DNA from: Selaginella moellendorffii
Lineage: Eukaryota; Plantae; Lycopodiophyta
Direction of reading: 5' to 3'
NCBI RefSeq assembly: GCF_000143415.4
Contig: NW_003314325.1
Span: 652,086-716,085 of the forward strand
Length of the DNA stretch: 64,000 bases
The first letter of the stretch is position 1; the number at the start of each line of letters is the position of its first letter. This document shows, piece by piece, positions 26,384-40,099 of the stretch. Under the pieces are notes generated by a model that had not been told where the DNA came from, ran no database searches, and saw nothing but the letters and a program-made list of their open reading frames with translations. Both the position numbers and the translations under genes were made by a program.

Positions 26384-26700
26384 AACCATCATTATAAACA
26401 TGCATCAAGGTAAAGACTCTTGATTACATGATACAAACACAAGTAATGAGAATAAATCTTGTTGCTAAATCATCCTCTTTTAAAAAATAAATAAATTTGA
26501 TTTATGTGTTTGATCCTTCATTCCTAATGACTCTCTTTTTGGTCTCAACTTAACTAAACCTCAAACTTGCATTTGCATTGCCTTAGTCTAATCTAAGGAA
26601 AATGTATAAAAGAGCACAACAATAACTACTTGAACCAATAGACTAATCCCTATAGTCTTCATTGATCCATTTATAATCATGGCTAAGAAAGATCCATTAA

Positions 26701-27516
26701 TATAATACATATGGTTTTCACCCTTTATCCTATGGTGATTTACCATAGGAAAATCATGAAGCAAAACCTAAGCCCTTCATGTGCCACATGTCATATGCTA
26801 TATGCCATATGCCACTTGAAGTGGAACTTGAGTTTCAAGGCTTTGGGCCATTGAATAAAGGAATAAAGCCAAACTCCTAAACATGGAGTTAAAAGTATAA
26901 AACCAAGAAGCAAAGCCATGTGTCATTATCCCTACTATACATTTGGACCCCCCCCCCCCCCCCCCCCCTTCCTCACGCTTTGGGCTTTCACCCTTAGTCA
27001 CCCTTAGTACCAAGAGTTAATTTTTGGCACTAACTTGAAATTTATTAAATATGGAATGGTGCTAGATTGCAAATTTGAACATGAGACTAACACCATTATG
27101 TTCAAGACAATCTCTACATTCCATAAATATGCCAAATTAGCAAATCTAGACACTTTCCATAAATAATCAATAGAACCAAAGTGGACTAACATAAAATGTA
27201 TGATAGCAAGGGTGTTTGGTAGACACAGTAAGCTATCATTTGGTAAATATTGAGGGACTAAGCTCAATATTGTGGGGCTTCCCAACACTAGCAAGTGCAA
27301 GTCACATCACCGTATTAAGTATGTTTGACTAAATAACAACTTAGGATTTCCTTCCTTAGTGCCTTTCTGGTGTAAGTGCACATGTGATGACTAGTTTCTC
27401 AACTAGCTTAAAAGGTCTAACAATATCAACCTCTTGCCGTCGTGGCAGTAAAGGAAACATATTTGAAAGGACTAACTGATAAGTAACTTTTGATACTCAT
27501 AGTCACATTTGTGACA
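26701..27516 (-). repeat. Decayed family A solo LTR
   Basis: LTR homology; flanked by ATTAA/ACTAA (imperfect TSD). Confidence 0.75.
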
Positions 27517-28368
27517 ACTAATGCTATACTAAACAACTATGGACTAACTTATTCACCAGTCATAACAAACATAAGGGAGGTTTACTTTACCCATTGTAAT
27601 ATGGAACAACTCATGGTAACCATAGATAGGCTAATATTAATCTTGCCAACTCAAAATGTAACATTAGATTGCTAATGTGCCTCACTCATGAGCCCAAGCA
27701 CAAACATGCAAATGGTACATCTTTAATCTATCCTATAAGCCCAAGTGAAAGCTCATGCAATATAGTACAAAAAGGTAACCAAAATCTATATTTAAGAAAC
27801 AAATTCAAAATCATAAAATGTGTATCCACTTGAATCATTATTTTCATCTCTAAGTATGTAATGAGACTAGTTGCCCAATCTCATTGGATAGTACTCACTA
27901 AGACATATCCTTTAATACTAAATATAACACACTTAGTTTTCATCCTTTATCTTATGGTGTTTTGCCATATGATAACCACGAAGTAAAACCTAAACCCTCT
28001 ATGTGCCATGTGCCACATGTCTAAGAGCAGTAGAGCAAAACTCAAGTTTCAAGGTCTTTGGCCACTAAGTGACGGGATGAAGCCATACTCCTAAGCATGT
28101 TGATGAGCGAAGGAACTGGAGCATGGAGCGACTCATGAGCATTCAGCTTAGGGAGCAAAAGATAAGAGTATGGAGCGACAATCTTAGAGCATCCAACATC
28201 CTAATGCCAAGATTAGCATGCAAAACAAAGCCAAATAGAGTTTGGTGCAATTTTAGTATACCAGTGGTCTAATATGAAGATATGAGTACTTTTGTGTTTA
28301 GGACAAACTTTACATTCTGTAGATATACCTAACTTGCAAATCTAGATACTTTTTATAAATAACTAATA

Positions 28369-29399
28369 TATAGTGCACGTGGTTTTCACTTTTTATCCTA
28401 TGGTGATTTACCATAGGATAACCACGAAGTGGAACCTAAACCCTTTATGTGCCACGTGTCACATGCCACATGCCATATGCCACGTGTCCAAAGGACAATG
28501 GTGTGGAACCCAAGTTTCAAGGCCTTTGGCCACTAAATGAAGGAACAGAGCAAAACTCCTAAGCATGGAACCAAAAAGCAAAGGAATCAGAGCATAGAAC
28601 AATTTCTAAGTGTACAACCTAAAGAGCGAAGGGACAGGAGCACAGAGTGACTTGAAATAGTCCTAAAGCATCCAACATCCCAATGCCAAGACCAGTATGC
28701 AAAACGAAGCCAAACAGAGTCTTGTGCTATTTCAACATACTCCACCTACTAGCATGGTATGAAACTTGGGTTTAGACTCAAGCAAAACACAGNNNNNNNN
28801 NNNNNNNNNNNNNNNNNNNNNNNNNNNNNNNNNNNNNNNNNNNNNNNNNNNNNNNNNNNNNNNNNNNNNNNNNNNNNNNNNNNNNNNNNNNNATTGAAAC
28901 TTACTAAATATGAAATATCCTTAGATTATGAATTTGGGCATAGGATGAACACTATTATGTTTACACAATCTTTACATTCCGTAAATATGCCAAATGAGCA
29001 AGTCTAGACACTTTTCATAAATAGCATTTGGGACCAAAATAAGACTAACACAAAGGGCATGATAACAAGGGTGTTTGGTAGATATGGTAAGTTATCATCC
29101 AGCGATATTGAAGGACTAATCTCAATACGCGAGGGTTCTTATCAAACTAATGCAAGACAAAGCAAAGAAAAACTAACAAGCTGAGCCAAGTATGCTTGAG
29201 TAAATAGACGCTTAAGAATTTCTTCCTTATGCTCGTTTGGCTAAGTATAGATGCAAAGTTCAGTTTATTAACATTTGAACAAAAAGGACTGATAAGGGTC
29301 CAGCAATACTAACCTCTTGCCATTGTGGTAATAAGGAAAGAATATCTAAAAGGACTAACCAACAGATAACTTTCGATACCTGAAGTTATATTCGCAACA
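28369..29399 (-). repeat. Family A solo LTR nested in another family A LTR (spans an N gap)
   Basis: TATAGTGCACGTGG...TTCGCAACA; flanked by TAATA/TAATG. Confidence 0.75.
28793..28892. other. Assembly gap (100 N)
   Basis: N run. Confidence 1.
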
Positions 29400-29869
29400 T
29401 AATGGGACCAAGCATAATAATAAGGGTGTTTGGAAAACATAGTAAACTATTATGTAATAATATTAAGGGACTAGACTCAATCCGCAAAAAAGAACTAAGA
29501 ATCAGGCTGAGTATGTTTAGCAAGAAATATATAGGAGTTCCTACCTTATATTTATCTGGCTAAGTATAAATGTTAAACCCAGTTTCCTGACACTTGAACA
29601 AAAGGGGTTGAAAAAAGAAGCAACAATACCAACCTCTTGCCATCGTAGTCATAATGAAAGAATATCTGAAAAGATTCGCCAATATGTAACTTTCGATACT
29701 TGTAGTTATATTTATGATACTGTCATAATAGTAAGGAAAGAATATTCAAAAGGACTCACCAATAAATACTCGCAATCATATTCATGAAAATCCTTACAAA
29801 TCATCTCTTTAGTTTTTTTCTTTAGTTGCTTACACTAATGTGACAAAAGAAGGCTATACTTATGTGATA

Positions 29870-31000
29870 AAAGCACTAAGAAGTCCAAAGTTGAATTAAA
29901 TATAGATGGATAAGTGGGGTGATTTGATAAAGTGTTCAAAAGCTAACTTTTGCTCTCTTGGGAGATTGGATTGATAATGCTTTTGTGGGTGGTATTACCT
30001 ACTTAGATACCTTATATGGCTTATTAAAACCTTGCTCTAGCCATGTGGCTATAGCACCCTAGTGGTAGAAATACTTATGAGCCTCACATTGGGTGTCCCA
30101 AATGTGATTGCATATATTAAAAGTTACACATCAACAAGTCTTTTCAGATATTCTTCCTTTATTATCACAATAGTAGAAGGTTGGTATTGCTAAACAATTT
30201 ATCAGCCCCACTAGTGGAGTTAACTGGGCATTTGGAATGTACTTAAACTAGATGAGCATAAGGATGAATTCCTTTGTGCTATTATCTAAGTATATTTAGC
30301 CTGATAAAGAGTTCCCATCTTATTGTGTCTTGCACTGGCTAGTGACAAAAAATTTATATAAGATTATTCCCTCAATGTCATCAAAATAATAGCTTACCAT
30401 GTCTGACCAATCTGAGGTATAGTCTAGCTCCCACTTGCTTGTGTGCTTATCTTTGTTTCGTGTCCAATTTGGGTCTAAGCCAAAGCTCTATACCATGCTA
30501 GCTAATGAAGTACTTATATTCGTGTGTTAAGTTATTGGTATACTAAAATAGCACTAAATTTCATTTGACTCCATTTTACATGCTAATCATGGCAATGGGA
30601 TGCTTTAAGATATCTCTCCATGCTCCTATCCCTTCATTGTTTAGGCTAAATACTTGAGAGTCATTCTATACTTTAGCTCCTTTATTCTTTGGTTGTATGG
30701 TTGGGAGTTTAACTCCGTCCCTTCGTTCAGTGGCATAAGGCTTTGAAACTCCACTACCCTTGGACATATGCCCAAGGGTTTACATTTTATTCTATGGTTA
30801 TCTTATGGTAAATCACCCATACATGTGGCCATGGTGTTATTATATAGTTCTTATATAAAGGAAAAAAGAATAATTATTTTATTTAGTAATCTAAGGTATA
30901 ACTACATGGTAAGGAAGTTCTAGAGGTCAATAGGGTTTAGTGGGTGTCTCCATTAAAGGAAGATTCCCTAGTGCTATCATTAATGATAGTGGATGATGTG
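29870..31000. repeat. Decayed family B repeat fragments interrupted by a rearranged family A LTR remnant (~30110-30840, + strand)
   Basis: 29900-30090 resembles 37830-38030; 30905-30945 resembles 38120-38160; the middle part resembles 10074-11217. Confidence 0.55.
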
Positions 31001-32239
31001 CCACCAACTGAACAAGATAGAAAAAAAAAATCATCTTATTACAAAGATAGACAAACAAAAATCAAATAAGTAACTTACTAAAATAAGTAGATATGTAACA
31101 TTTAACCTCCTTATCTCGACAATATAACTTTCAGTATTTCAACCAATTATACCAAACTTTTGTTTAATTACTTTATAATTATTATGTCTTATAACATTAC
31201 TGGTACTTCCACAACTCTATAGTATAAGTGGTTTAAAGTCATTTTGTGGTCATGAGTACCAAACCCCCTAGACCCTAGAAGATAATTGTTTTAGCTTTCA
31301 AATTTGCGGTTTTAATATCATCACTTAGATTTCTCTGCCAAATCTAATGTCTCTAGATGCACAACATTCTTAAATACCTCCAAGTATATTCTAGCATATC
31401 TTACCAATTAGATTAATCTTGCATTTATAAATTATAAATCTGAAATATTAATACATAGTTTGAAAGCCTAGTTGATCAAGAGTGCCTTGTTTTCATCTTT
31501 CTCTATAGAAGAAATATTTTCTAAGCTACTTTCAAAATGCTAACATATATTCCTTATAGAAATGATGCAATGACCATTTAAAAAATGGTCTCTTCCTATA
31601 GATTCATTTTCTCTATCAATAGTGGCTTTCTAAACCATTTCAAGACATAAATTCCTGAAGTCAAAGACATGTCAAAGTAGTGGTCAAAGTGAAAGTCTAA
31701 TAAGCATAACCAAAATGTTAAGAGTAAAAGTATAACTTGGCAAGGAAATGCTTAGGGAATAAGCATGAAGCAATAGACAAATAAATCCCTAAAAAATATG
31801 AAAGAATGGTTACACATGACAAGTGTCATAGCATGTGGAAGTGTCTAGCTAAAGTTTTAAAACCCAAGGACTTAAAAGTGGAACAATGCAAAAGCCAACT
31901 TATCTCATTAAAAAATTGAATGTCTAAAGTATCAAATATTTTGAAAGAAAAACATATCTAGGGCTAGAATATCTAGAGGGTCAATACCTAATGTTAGCAT
32001 GACTGCAAAACAGAATAAATAACTAAAGTATTACTATTTCCTTTTAGTGCCCACATTCAGCTCAATAAATGCCATATAAGTACCAAAAGATTTAGGACAA
32101 ATATTTCTGTCAGCATCATCAATGAATTAAAAATATAAATCATGTAATTTGGCACAAAAGAGAATTACAATAGCAAAGTTTTGCACAGAAATTTATACAA
32201 GTGAGATGCCTAAGACAGCATTTTAGAAAGCTTTTCCCA

Positions 32240-34325
32240 TATGTCTCTCTTTTTCTTTGATAGTAAGAGTTTGTTGTTTTTCAGGGAGAATGCAAATTCG
32301 ATTGGTTGTGTTCAGCTCACATCATATGAGATGTGCATTAAGCTGAAGAGGGAGGATTCACAAGTGGATATAGGCATGACATCCTTTCAGGAAGGAATAG
32401 GAAAGAATGAGAAGACTTGCATAAGATGGTAGAGGGAAAAGCTTGCATGCAAGATCAATCACACAGAACATCATGAAAGAAGTTGTTGCAAATGAGTTTT
32501 TTCTAAAAGTGAAGATATTGACCACCTAATGGAGAAACAGCTGCAAGAGCTTTTCAGTCGCATGGGTGATATTATGAACTGAAGGTATGCATTAAAAGTT
32601 GTGCAAATTACTATAACACATAGTTCCAGGTTAAGGTGATGGGTGTATAAAGTCTAGAGAGAGCTTCTACTTGAGAAGGACGACATTTAATTCCTTGCAC
32701 AACATGTAAAGATTGATTTCTTTCAAGGTTCATTCTTTATATTTTAAATCCACAACGTCAAAAAAGAGCATTGTCACATTATGAAGATTTCCACTAAAGA
32801 ACCTAGCAGTGGGGTTAACTTGGTTTGACAAATGCAAGGAGGAGGAGATCTCAGCCAATCTTGGGTGCATTTTGACTTCAGCCATCATATTAAAGACTAG
32901 GCCACTATGGGTGCGCATGTATATGATCACAAGTAAGAATCTTTAATTTCCTTTTAGAGACAACAATATACTTCTAGGTTTCACAAGCTCCTCACAACTG
33001 CAATGGCTAAGTTCAAACTTGAGGACTTCAAGTCCCAGAAATTATTTTGGAATCTCTTGAATAGTGTGTATAAGCGGGAAACCGGTTCACTACCATCCTT
33101 CCATGGTTTCATGGCTGATGAAGCAGGAGCTAATTGGAATGCTGTTTGAGAAGTTTATTTCAGAGGCTATCCAGCACCAGAAAAGGAATGCTCATATATT
33201 TTCCATTTTGAATAAAGCTTTCAAATCCACACAAAGAAGTATATTGCCCAAGACCACCAACAAGAACACCTCACCATTTGTAGAGAATGGCAACAATCCC
33301 AGACAGAGGAAGAAGAGAAGGCATACCTTCAGAAGATATAGTCTTGGTGGGATGGAAAGACAATCAATGATGACAAAAAGCACCTTTTATCATGGATTGC
33401 TTGGGGCATGCAAGAGTAATCTTATATTCAAAGTTCGGTACTAAAATATTGCCTAAAGAAATATTTTTACATAGTGATTTTTACAGGATGCAAACATCGA
33501 TAATGCTGCATATACAAATTTTTTAGAGATGAAACATGCAAGCTAGTTAGTTGGGTAGGGATACAACAAAAAAACAAGTTTATATGATGAATACTGTGAA
33601 GATATGGTTGAGGCTCTACTCTAATGCATCAGCTAAAATTTGTTTTTGGAGGGAAAATACATCAGTTCTGATCCAAGTTTACAGGAGTAGGAGGAGTAGC
33701 ACATGCAAAGAAATGTGCAGCTAACACTGCAAACTTCAACAAAACTGCTTAGGAAAATGGAATCACGTCATATCAGAGTGGGAATCAGAAGACAACTTAC
33801 AAGAAGCAGGCTGTGACTGAGACACACATAGTGGGTGTGGACGACACTCACAGGCCAGAATACACTATTGTTAACATCCCGAGGCATGATTATTCTTCGA
33901 GAAAGATGTTGAACTTTGATAACAATAGGCAATCATAATAGCAGAATGGCATAGTGAACATCATTGAGAAAGAACTCTAAGTCACGTTGGGCTTTATGAC
34001 ATGTGCTGAATAGGAAGGTCACATACTACTATTACCTCAAACATGAGAAGAGAAGATGTGCAGAGGAACTATCAAGAAACACAGTAGCACTATGTATCAC
34101 AGGTTTTCAGATGTACAAGGACACAAGAACACTCCAAAATTTCTAGTATTGTGGAGATAACATTCTCCACAGCTAGAACTGGTCAATTACATCGTTGGAT
34201 TCAAACATCTCATCTATTTGTACCTCAATCAGTATAAAATGGACTCCACACACATTACGATTGTGCAGGTAACATTGTCCAACAAACAAGCATGAGACAT
34301 CATCAACCATGCAAAATGAATGATA
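32240..34325 (+). pseudogene. Second decayed MULE-like transposase related to the one at 15490-25660
   Basis: ATMGAHVYDH, a 45-nt GT-AG intron (32933-32977), then KLEDFKSQKLFWNLLNSV and GFMADEAGANWNAV (~33104-33147). Confidence 0.7.
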
Positions 34326-35149
34326 GTTGATGTTAAATTTTTTTAATTGATTTAATAATGCATATTTTAAGTATATACTCTGAATATCCATTGATATGGC
34401 TGCCAGATTGCCATAAAACTGGATTAAAACACACACTCACAATTGATTGTCTCATCGCGTTGTGCGGAAAATGGCCAATCTACAAGAGTCAACATGTTCA
34501 ATGCATACTTGAGGCTCTCCTTTAAGTCTGTTATCTGGGACAGGTTGAACAGGTCTCCATGACAATGACAGAAGCTCATTTTTCGACAGTCTACCAAGAG
34601 CTTGTCTTCTTCTGAGCCAGCTCAGAAGAAGATGGTCATCGCAGATGATATTAAAGTACCTTCTTGACCACGAATGATCTTGCCTAGCTGTGAAGTTTGT
34701 GAGCCTCCAGTTCTTCATCATTATGGAAGAAATGCATAATGTAACACCCTGGTTACTCCCTTGCCACACTCACTCCTTGCTCCCATTGTGGTGCTCCTTG
34801 TCATACATAGTCATGCCTAGCACCACACCCTAAAAGTTTAATGACTAAATTCAAATTAGTAATGTTAAAATTTAATTAGTAGATGTTGTTAAATGGTATA
34901 TTAACAACTATAAATTTGTAATTAGCCAATGGATGAACAGCTATAAATTATAAGTATATAACCTACACTTGGTTTAAGTTTTTCCTCATTTCCTTTTTAT
35001 ATTTTTGTTCTTATTTTTATCATTCTCTTTAGTATTATGGCTATATTGGAATATGTAGATCATGCTTAACATAGTATTATTTTTTTCTGATCTTATTGAG
35101 AGAACTAATAGTAAGATAACATTTTTTATTTTCTGTATTATAGTTGGCC

Positions 35150-35960
35150 TTCTTCTAAAAGAGAGAGAATGTGAAAGAGCCATTAGTCAATGAGATATCA
35201 ATCTGATAATCAAGGTTGTAAAGAGAATTGTATAAATTGCAATACCACAAAATCTCTTAAAACTAATACTTGGTTTGCAGATAGCAATCTCACATTTGCT
35301 TAAATGCTTAAAGTGATGTATTGTTAGTGCATTAAAATGCCACAAGATTAAACTCATATTGAGTGTAGTATTAAAAGTGAGCATATGATAACAAATTGGT
35401 ACAACTTTTGTCATGATATTTATGTTATCACATTGCAACAAGATAGTCAAAAGATTGGTGGTCCAGGAAGAATTGTAGAAATTGATAAAAGTAAGTTTGG
35501 TAAGTAGAAATATAATCGTGGTAGAAGAGTAGAATGTCAATGGGTCTTTGGGGGAATTGAACATAATTTAGATTAAATGTTTATAGTTCTAGTGGCTGAT
35601 TGTACTGCACAAACTTCAATTGATATATTATATGCATATGTTGACTAAGTTCTATTTCTATTATTATTATGAACTAAAAATTATAATTATTTTTTAAAAA
35701 ATTATATATAGTGATTGTTGGGCTAGTTATAATTCAAAGTGGTTGAATCAATTAAACTTCACACATTATATGTCAACCAATCCTAAAATTTTGTTGATGT
35801 AGAGTTCAAATAAATTGTATTGAATTGACATAGAATGCAATGAAAAGATCCCTTCCTCACTATGGTACAACAAAAGGATTATACAGCTCTTACTTTCAAG
35901 AATATATTTGGAGAAAAATATATATTGAAAAGAAGGAAAATTGCATTTAATATTCATTTT
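35150..35960 (+). pseudogene. Merlin/ISXO2 (IS1016-like) transposase relic
   Basis: NWYNFCHDI (~35394), KIGGPGRIVEIDKSKFGK*KYNRGRRVECQWVFGGIE (35451-35561) and IYSDCWASY (~35705). Confidence 0.8.
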
Positions 35961-36199
35961 AAGCTATACAATCAAGATAATGCTATTATAGTAGAATAAA
36001 AAGTACATATTTTTTTTTACTTTTACAAGATTAAGTGGTCCAGATTAAAACCAATCCAATGGCTATTAAATCCCACTACACTAATTTTAGTGTATAGCCG
36101 TTAATATTAGTATATAACATCATACTTGTACACTTGGACCTCACATCATCCTCTCCTCTCAGAAGAATGGAAGGCAGTTAGAGTTCTTTGGTTAACAGG

Positions 36200-36900
36200 C
36201 AAAGATCTAAAGGAACATCATGAAGAGGCACTAGTGGATTTATAGATGGTATTAATTGTTCTTGATCCTTTTATACAAAGTGTTTTAGCTGTTGCATATG
36301 CATAATTTTTGGAAGATTGGCCTATTAAACATTATGCCAAACCTCATAAACTTGCAGTCCAACTTGCCACAACACCTATATGGTCCCTTTCACCAAAAAA
36401 AGAGCCCCTCAGACAAACCATGTACCGTAAGATTGGGAAACTAGATTAACACAAAATCATCCATTTTATACTCCATAGGTAGACGATGATGGAAGTTATA
36501 GTGTCATTGTTGTCCCACTTGTATGTGGCCCAAGTGTTTAGAAAACTCCATTTAAACAAGTGAAAGAATGTTCGTTAAATACTAATTCTAAGACCTAGCA
36601 TCGGCAGTTTGTGGCAATCGAGCAATATCAGATCATGACCATATAGGAATTTATATGGTGAAGCACCAATTGTACTTTGTACCTCTATGATATACACTTA
36701 CTAAAGAGACAGTAAATAACCATCTCAATCCAAATGCTGAAAGTTTACATATTTCGCAATCATCCCTTTGAATATCCAAATAAGTTATTTCACCAAACCA
36801 TTTATTTATGGATGATAAACACTTATTGAACAGAGCCTTTTATTCACCAGCAAAACACCAAAAAACTGGACATGGTTTCATTGGGTATGAAACCAGCAAA
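36200..36900 (-). pseudogene. Highly decayed gypsy integrase remnant
   Basis: The reverse strand reads YHP*INGLVK (cf. YHPQTNGLVE) near 36790-36820 and KGPY near 36378-36389. Confidence 0.5.
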
Positions 36901-36949
36901 AACCTTTACTTAGGGGAGCTTACTATAGAAGTATCTATGAAGAGGGGTT

Positions 36950-37290
36950 GTTCATAAATTGGATCTTGAAGGTCTACCCAAATGTGTCACCCAAAACCAT
37001 TTGTCTGGTGGTGTCCACATCCATTCCCAAATACCTGCCTCTCCTTGCTTTCACAAGAAATGCCAAAGTTGTACTTCTTTCTTAGCTTTTTCTAGTCCAT
37101 TTTGCCTTCCTCTCTTTTCAGTTATAGGACATGAGCTGCTGCTGTAGTAATCATTCTAGCCCACACCCGTGATACTACCACCTTTAGCCTTTCATGTTTA
37201 TCATTAAAGATTCTATTGCACCTGGCTTTCCAAACTTCCCACAATTAGATGACAAGCACTTGTGAAAATGTAGTATATCTCCAACTTGTA
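36950..37290 (-). pseudogene. Possible LINE ORF2 C-terminal remnant
   Basis: The reverse strand reads IVWEVWKARCNRIFND near 37200-37250, resembling the W..WK.RN..IF motif. Confidence 0.35.
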
Positions 37291-37291
37291 A

Positions 37292-38275
37292 TACATAAAT
37301 TCCTAAGCCCCAAAATGGGGCTGAAAGGGTGTTATATGGTAGTGGCTAAAGCGAAAGTCCAATAGGCATAACATGTTTGGACTAAAAGTTCCAACTCAGA
37401 AAATTGATAGCAGAAGTGGAACTCTCAATAAAGTGCTCAAGGAACGATCACAAAGCAATTAATAAGCAAGTCTTCAAAAAGGGATACAAAAGGGACCAAC
37501 ACAATACAAGTGTCGTGACATATAGAAGTATTGAGATGGAATCTGAGATGGAGTCTGAGAAGGAGTCTGTGATGGAATCCAAGACCGCATTTGAGATTGA
37601 AATTGAGACCAAGACCAGATCTGAGACCAATTTTGACTCTAAAGGTGAAAGCCCAAAGCAATCATCTTCCAAACCCTAGGGGGTTTGGTGAGTCTCTATA
37701 AGATAGTAAAAGGAGGATTCTAATGGAGCCAGTTTAGCCAAAAAAAACTAGTGTGACTAAGGAAGATTACACTTACGTGGTAGGTGATGATATAACCACT
37801 GAGGAGTCCAATGCTAAAGTGAACATGGATGAATAAGTGGGATAAAATGGTGAAGTATTTAAGAGTTGGCTCTAACTCCTCTAGGAGATCAAATGATCGA
37901 TGCTTCCAATCCAAGTGTGGGTGGCACTACTTACTTAGATACTTTGCATAGCTCATTGGAACCTCACTCTAGCCACATAACTAGGGCACCTTAGTGGCAG
38001 AAGGTGGAGGAATACCCACAAACCTTATATAGGGCTATGGTATTTTGAAATGTCATCCTAAAGCCCCAAACTGTGGAAGAGGAATCATCCTTTTGCATAG
38101 TGATGAAAGATATAATCATGTGATGAGGAAGTCCTAGAGGTCAATGGGATTTAGTGGTCAGGCTTTTGAGCCTTGACCTAGTGGTAATTTTTGTGAGCAC
38201 TATTGTGGATGAAGAGGGACTTGGTGGTTATTAAAGAGATATTAGGAAAGGGTGTTCCCCATGTTTAAAAGTCTA
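37292..38275 (+). repeat. Family B LTR-like repeat (decayed copy)
   Basis: Colinear with 44534-45780 plus 61815-61935, including decayed GAGATGGAGTCC repeats; another 5' fragment lies near 31643. Confidence 0.75.
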
Positions 38276-38325
38276 AAATGTATGTGTAAAAAATTAATTT
38301 TTCCATTCTACTTTAGTCACTTAAC

Positions 38326-40022
38326 CCCAGCAGGCACCGCCGAGGTGTTTTAATAGGGGCAGAGATCCGAGATCAAGGGCAGCAGATAACGGTTCTGGAC
38401 AGTCACCTTATTCAAACCTCGATAGTCGATGACTAGCTATAAACTCCCATCCTTCTTCTTGACAAAGAAGACAGGCACTCCAGCCGGGGACTGCGAATGC
38501 TGAATGTGGAATTAGTGGTGGCTTTGATGAAAAGTGGTGAGGAGCTTGATAAAGAAGAAAAATGATTTTTATTCGGGGAGTTCAAACAGACAGTTCCTAC
38601 TCTGTTTGGACAAGGTCATTTCCCAATTGCAACAGAGGTGGACCTTGAGGCAGAGTGAATTCGAGCAGTCGGGGAGGCTTCTTGGGACACACAGCTACTT
38701 TGTGATTAGGATTAGCATAGTAGAGGCAAAGATTCTAAGATACTCGATGTTGCTTCTCAGCAGGACTTAGCTTCCCTCTTATGAGTCAAGGAGTACCAGA
38801 AATATCCATCGGGACTGGAGCAGTAGGTTCAGGAGTATGCCCCGAAGACTCAAGATGGGATTCTTGAGTCTAGGATGGGAAAATGACGGCACAACGACTT
38901 TCCTAACGACGTTCAAAGAGACAATTGTCACATCGAACAGCTTTTTTAATGGCGTCTGACAGGTCTGTGGGATCCTCCATGGTGAGCAAAAAATCCTTGA
39001 CACCATTGCTGAGGCCGAAATGAAATTGATCAATCAGGGCCCGCTCATCCCACTGAGTGTCCAAGGCAAGGAGTTGGAACTCCACAGCATAGATCGAGGC
39101 AGGACGAGACCCCTGAGAGAGACGTCTCATCTTTGTGGTGGCAACCCGAACCCGATCCATCTTGCCAAAATATGCTTCGAGCTTCTTTTTGAACAACTAA
39201 AGGACCATCAACTCCGGAACCACGACCCCTTTCATGCTCTTCTCCAGGAGAGGAAAAAACCATGACAAAGCTGCACCTTTGAGCAACATCCCAATCGTGC
39301 TGATTTGAGACTCAAGAGTGGGGTACTGCCGATGGTGAAGTGCGAAGATCAGCTCCATCTGGTTCAGGAATCCGCAAAGCTCCGAACGCTTGCCTGAGGA
39401 CTTTGTCGGGAAACTTACCTTCGGTTCAAGAACTCTACTTGATCCTTAAGCTGAAAGTGAAGCAAGCTCCTATTGCATGTGAAGAAGGGCCGCCTTCAGC
39501 TCAGTATTCTCATATTGGACTTTTGTAAGGACTTCGGCCAAGGAATCAAGATGGCTTGCAGACTCCATCGGCAAAGAAAAAAAAAGGGGGGGAAAAAGGA
39601 AAATGCAATCAAACAATCAAGATGAGCTAAAGCAAAAGCAAAAAGCACAATCTGAATCAAATTGTCAAGACCCCCAACAAGATCAGGGTTGGAAAATGCG
39701 GAAGACAAAGAGAAAAGCTAGTGGAGACGAAGAAAAAGCCTTAGATTGGTGTTGATTCAAATTGTGGAGAAATGGAACAAGTTAATCTATATATATTATA
39801 GGTTGATGAAGCTCCACCACTCTTGGATCGAGGACGGCCTAAATATAGCTGAGGTCGAGGAGGTGCGATATCATTATCAGGATTGTGGTTTGAGAATTAG
39901 GAATCATATGGGAAATCAAAGAGTCAGGAATAGAGAAGTGTCTTGAGAGTCAGGAATGTGGTCTACAAGTCAGGAATCTGGCAAGAGTCAAGAATGTGGT
40001 AAGAATTGGGGGATTCTTGACA
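38326..40022 (-). mobile_element. Family D gypsy fragment (Tf1/sushi/Tcn1-like): 5' LTR 39663-40022, PEG10-like gag, protease deleted, start of RT
   Basis: 360-bp LTR with TGTCAAGA..TCTTGACA ends. Gag ORF 38903-39196 (LSQGSRPASIYAVEF..QFHFGL) plus a decayed Zn knuckle. RT start [34 protein letters not shown]. Confidence 0.85.
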
Positions 40023-40099
40023 TAAACTATGCCTTAGGTTGGTTGGCCATGCCCAACCTACCCACTATCCCTACTATACATTTGAAACCCCCTATAACA

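Larger units (their letters stand above)
25852..29720 (-). mobile_element. Old truncated family A copy (5' internal region plus LTR from ~27923) containing two nested solo LTRs
   Basis: Homologous to 21280-22460 with heavy C>T/G>A decay; decayed PBS near 27910-27920. Confidence 0.8.

Noticed and set aside
34452-34769. 105-aa minus-strand ORF
   Set aside because: Non-ATG start and no recognisable homology.
34830-36120. TIRs and TSD for the Merlin relic
   Set aside because: Only weak AT-rich similarity between the candidate ends; not supportable.
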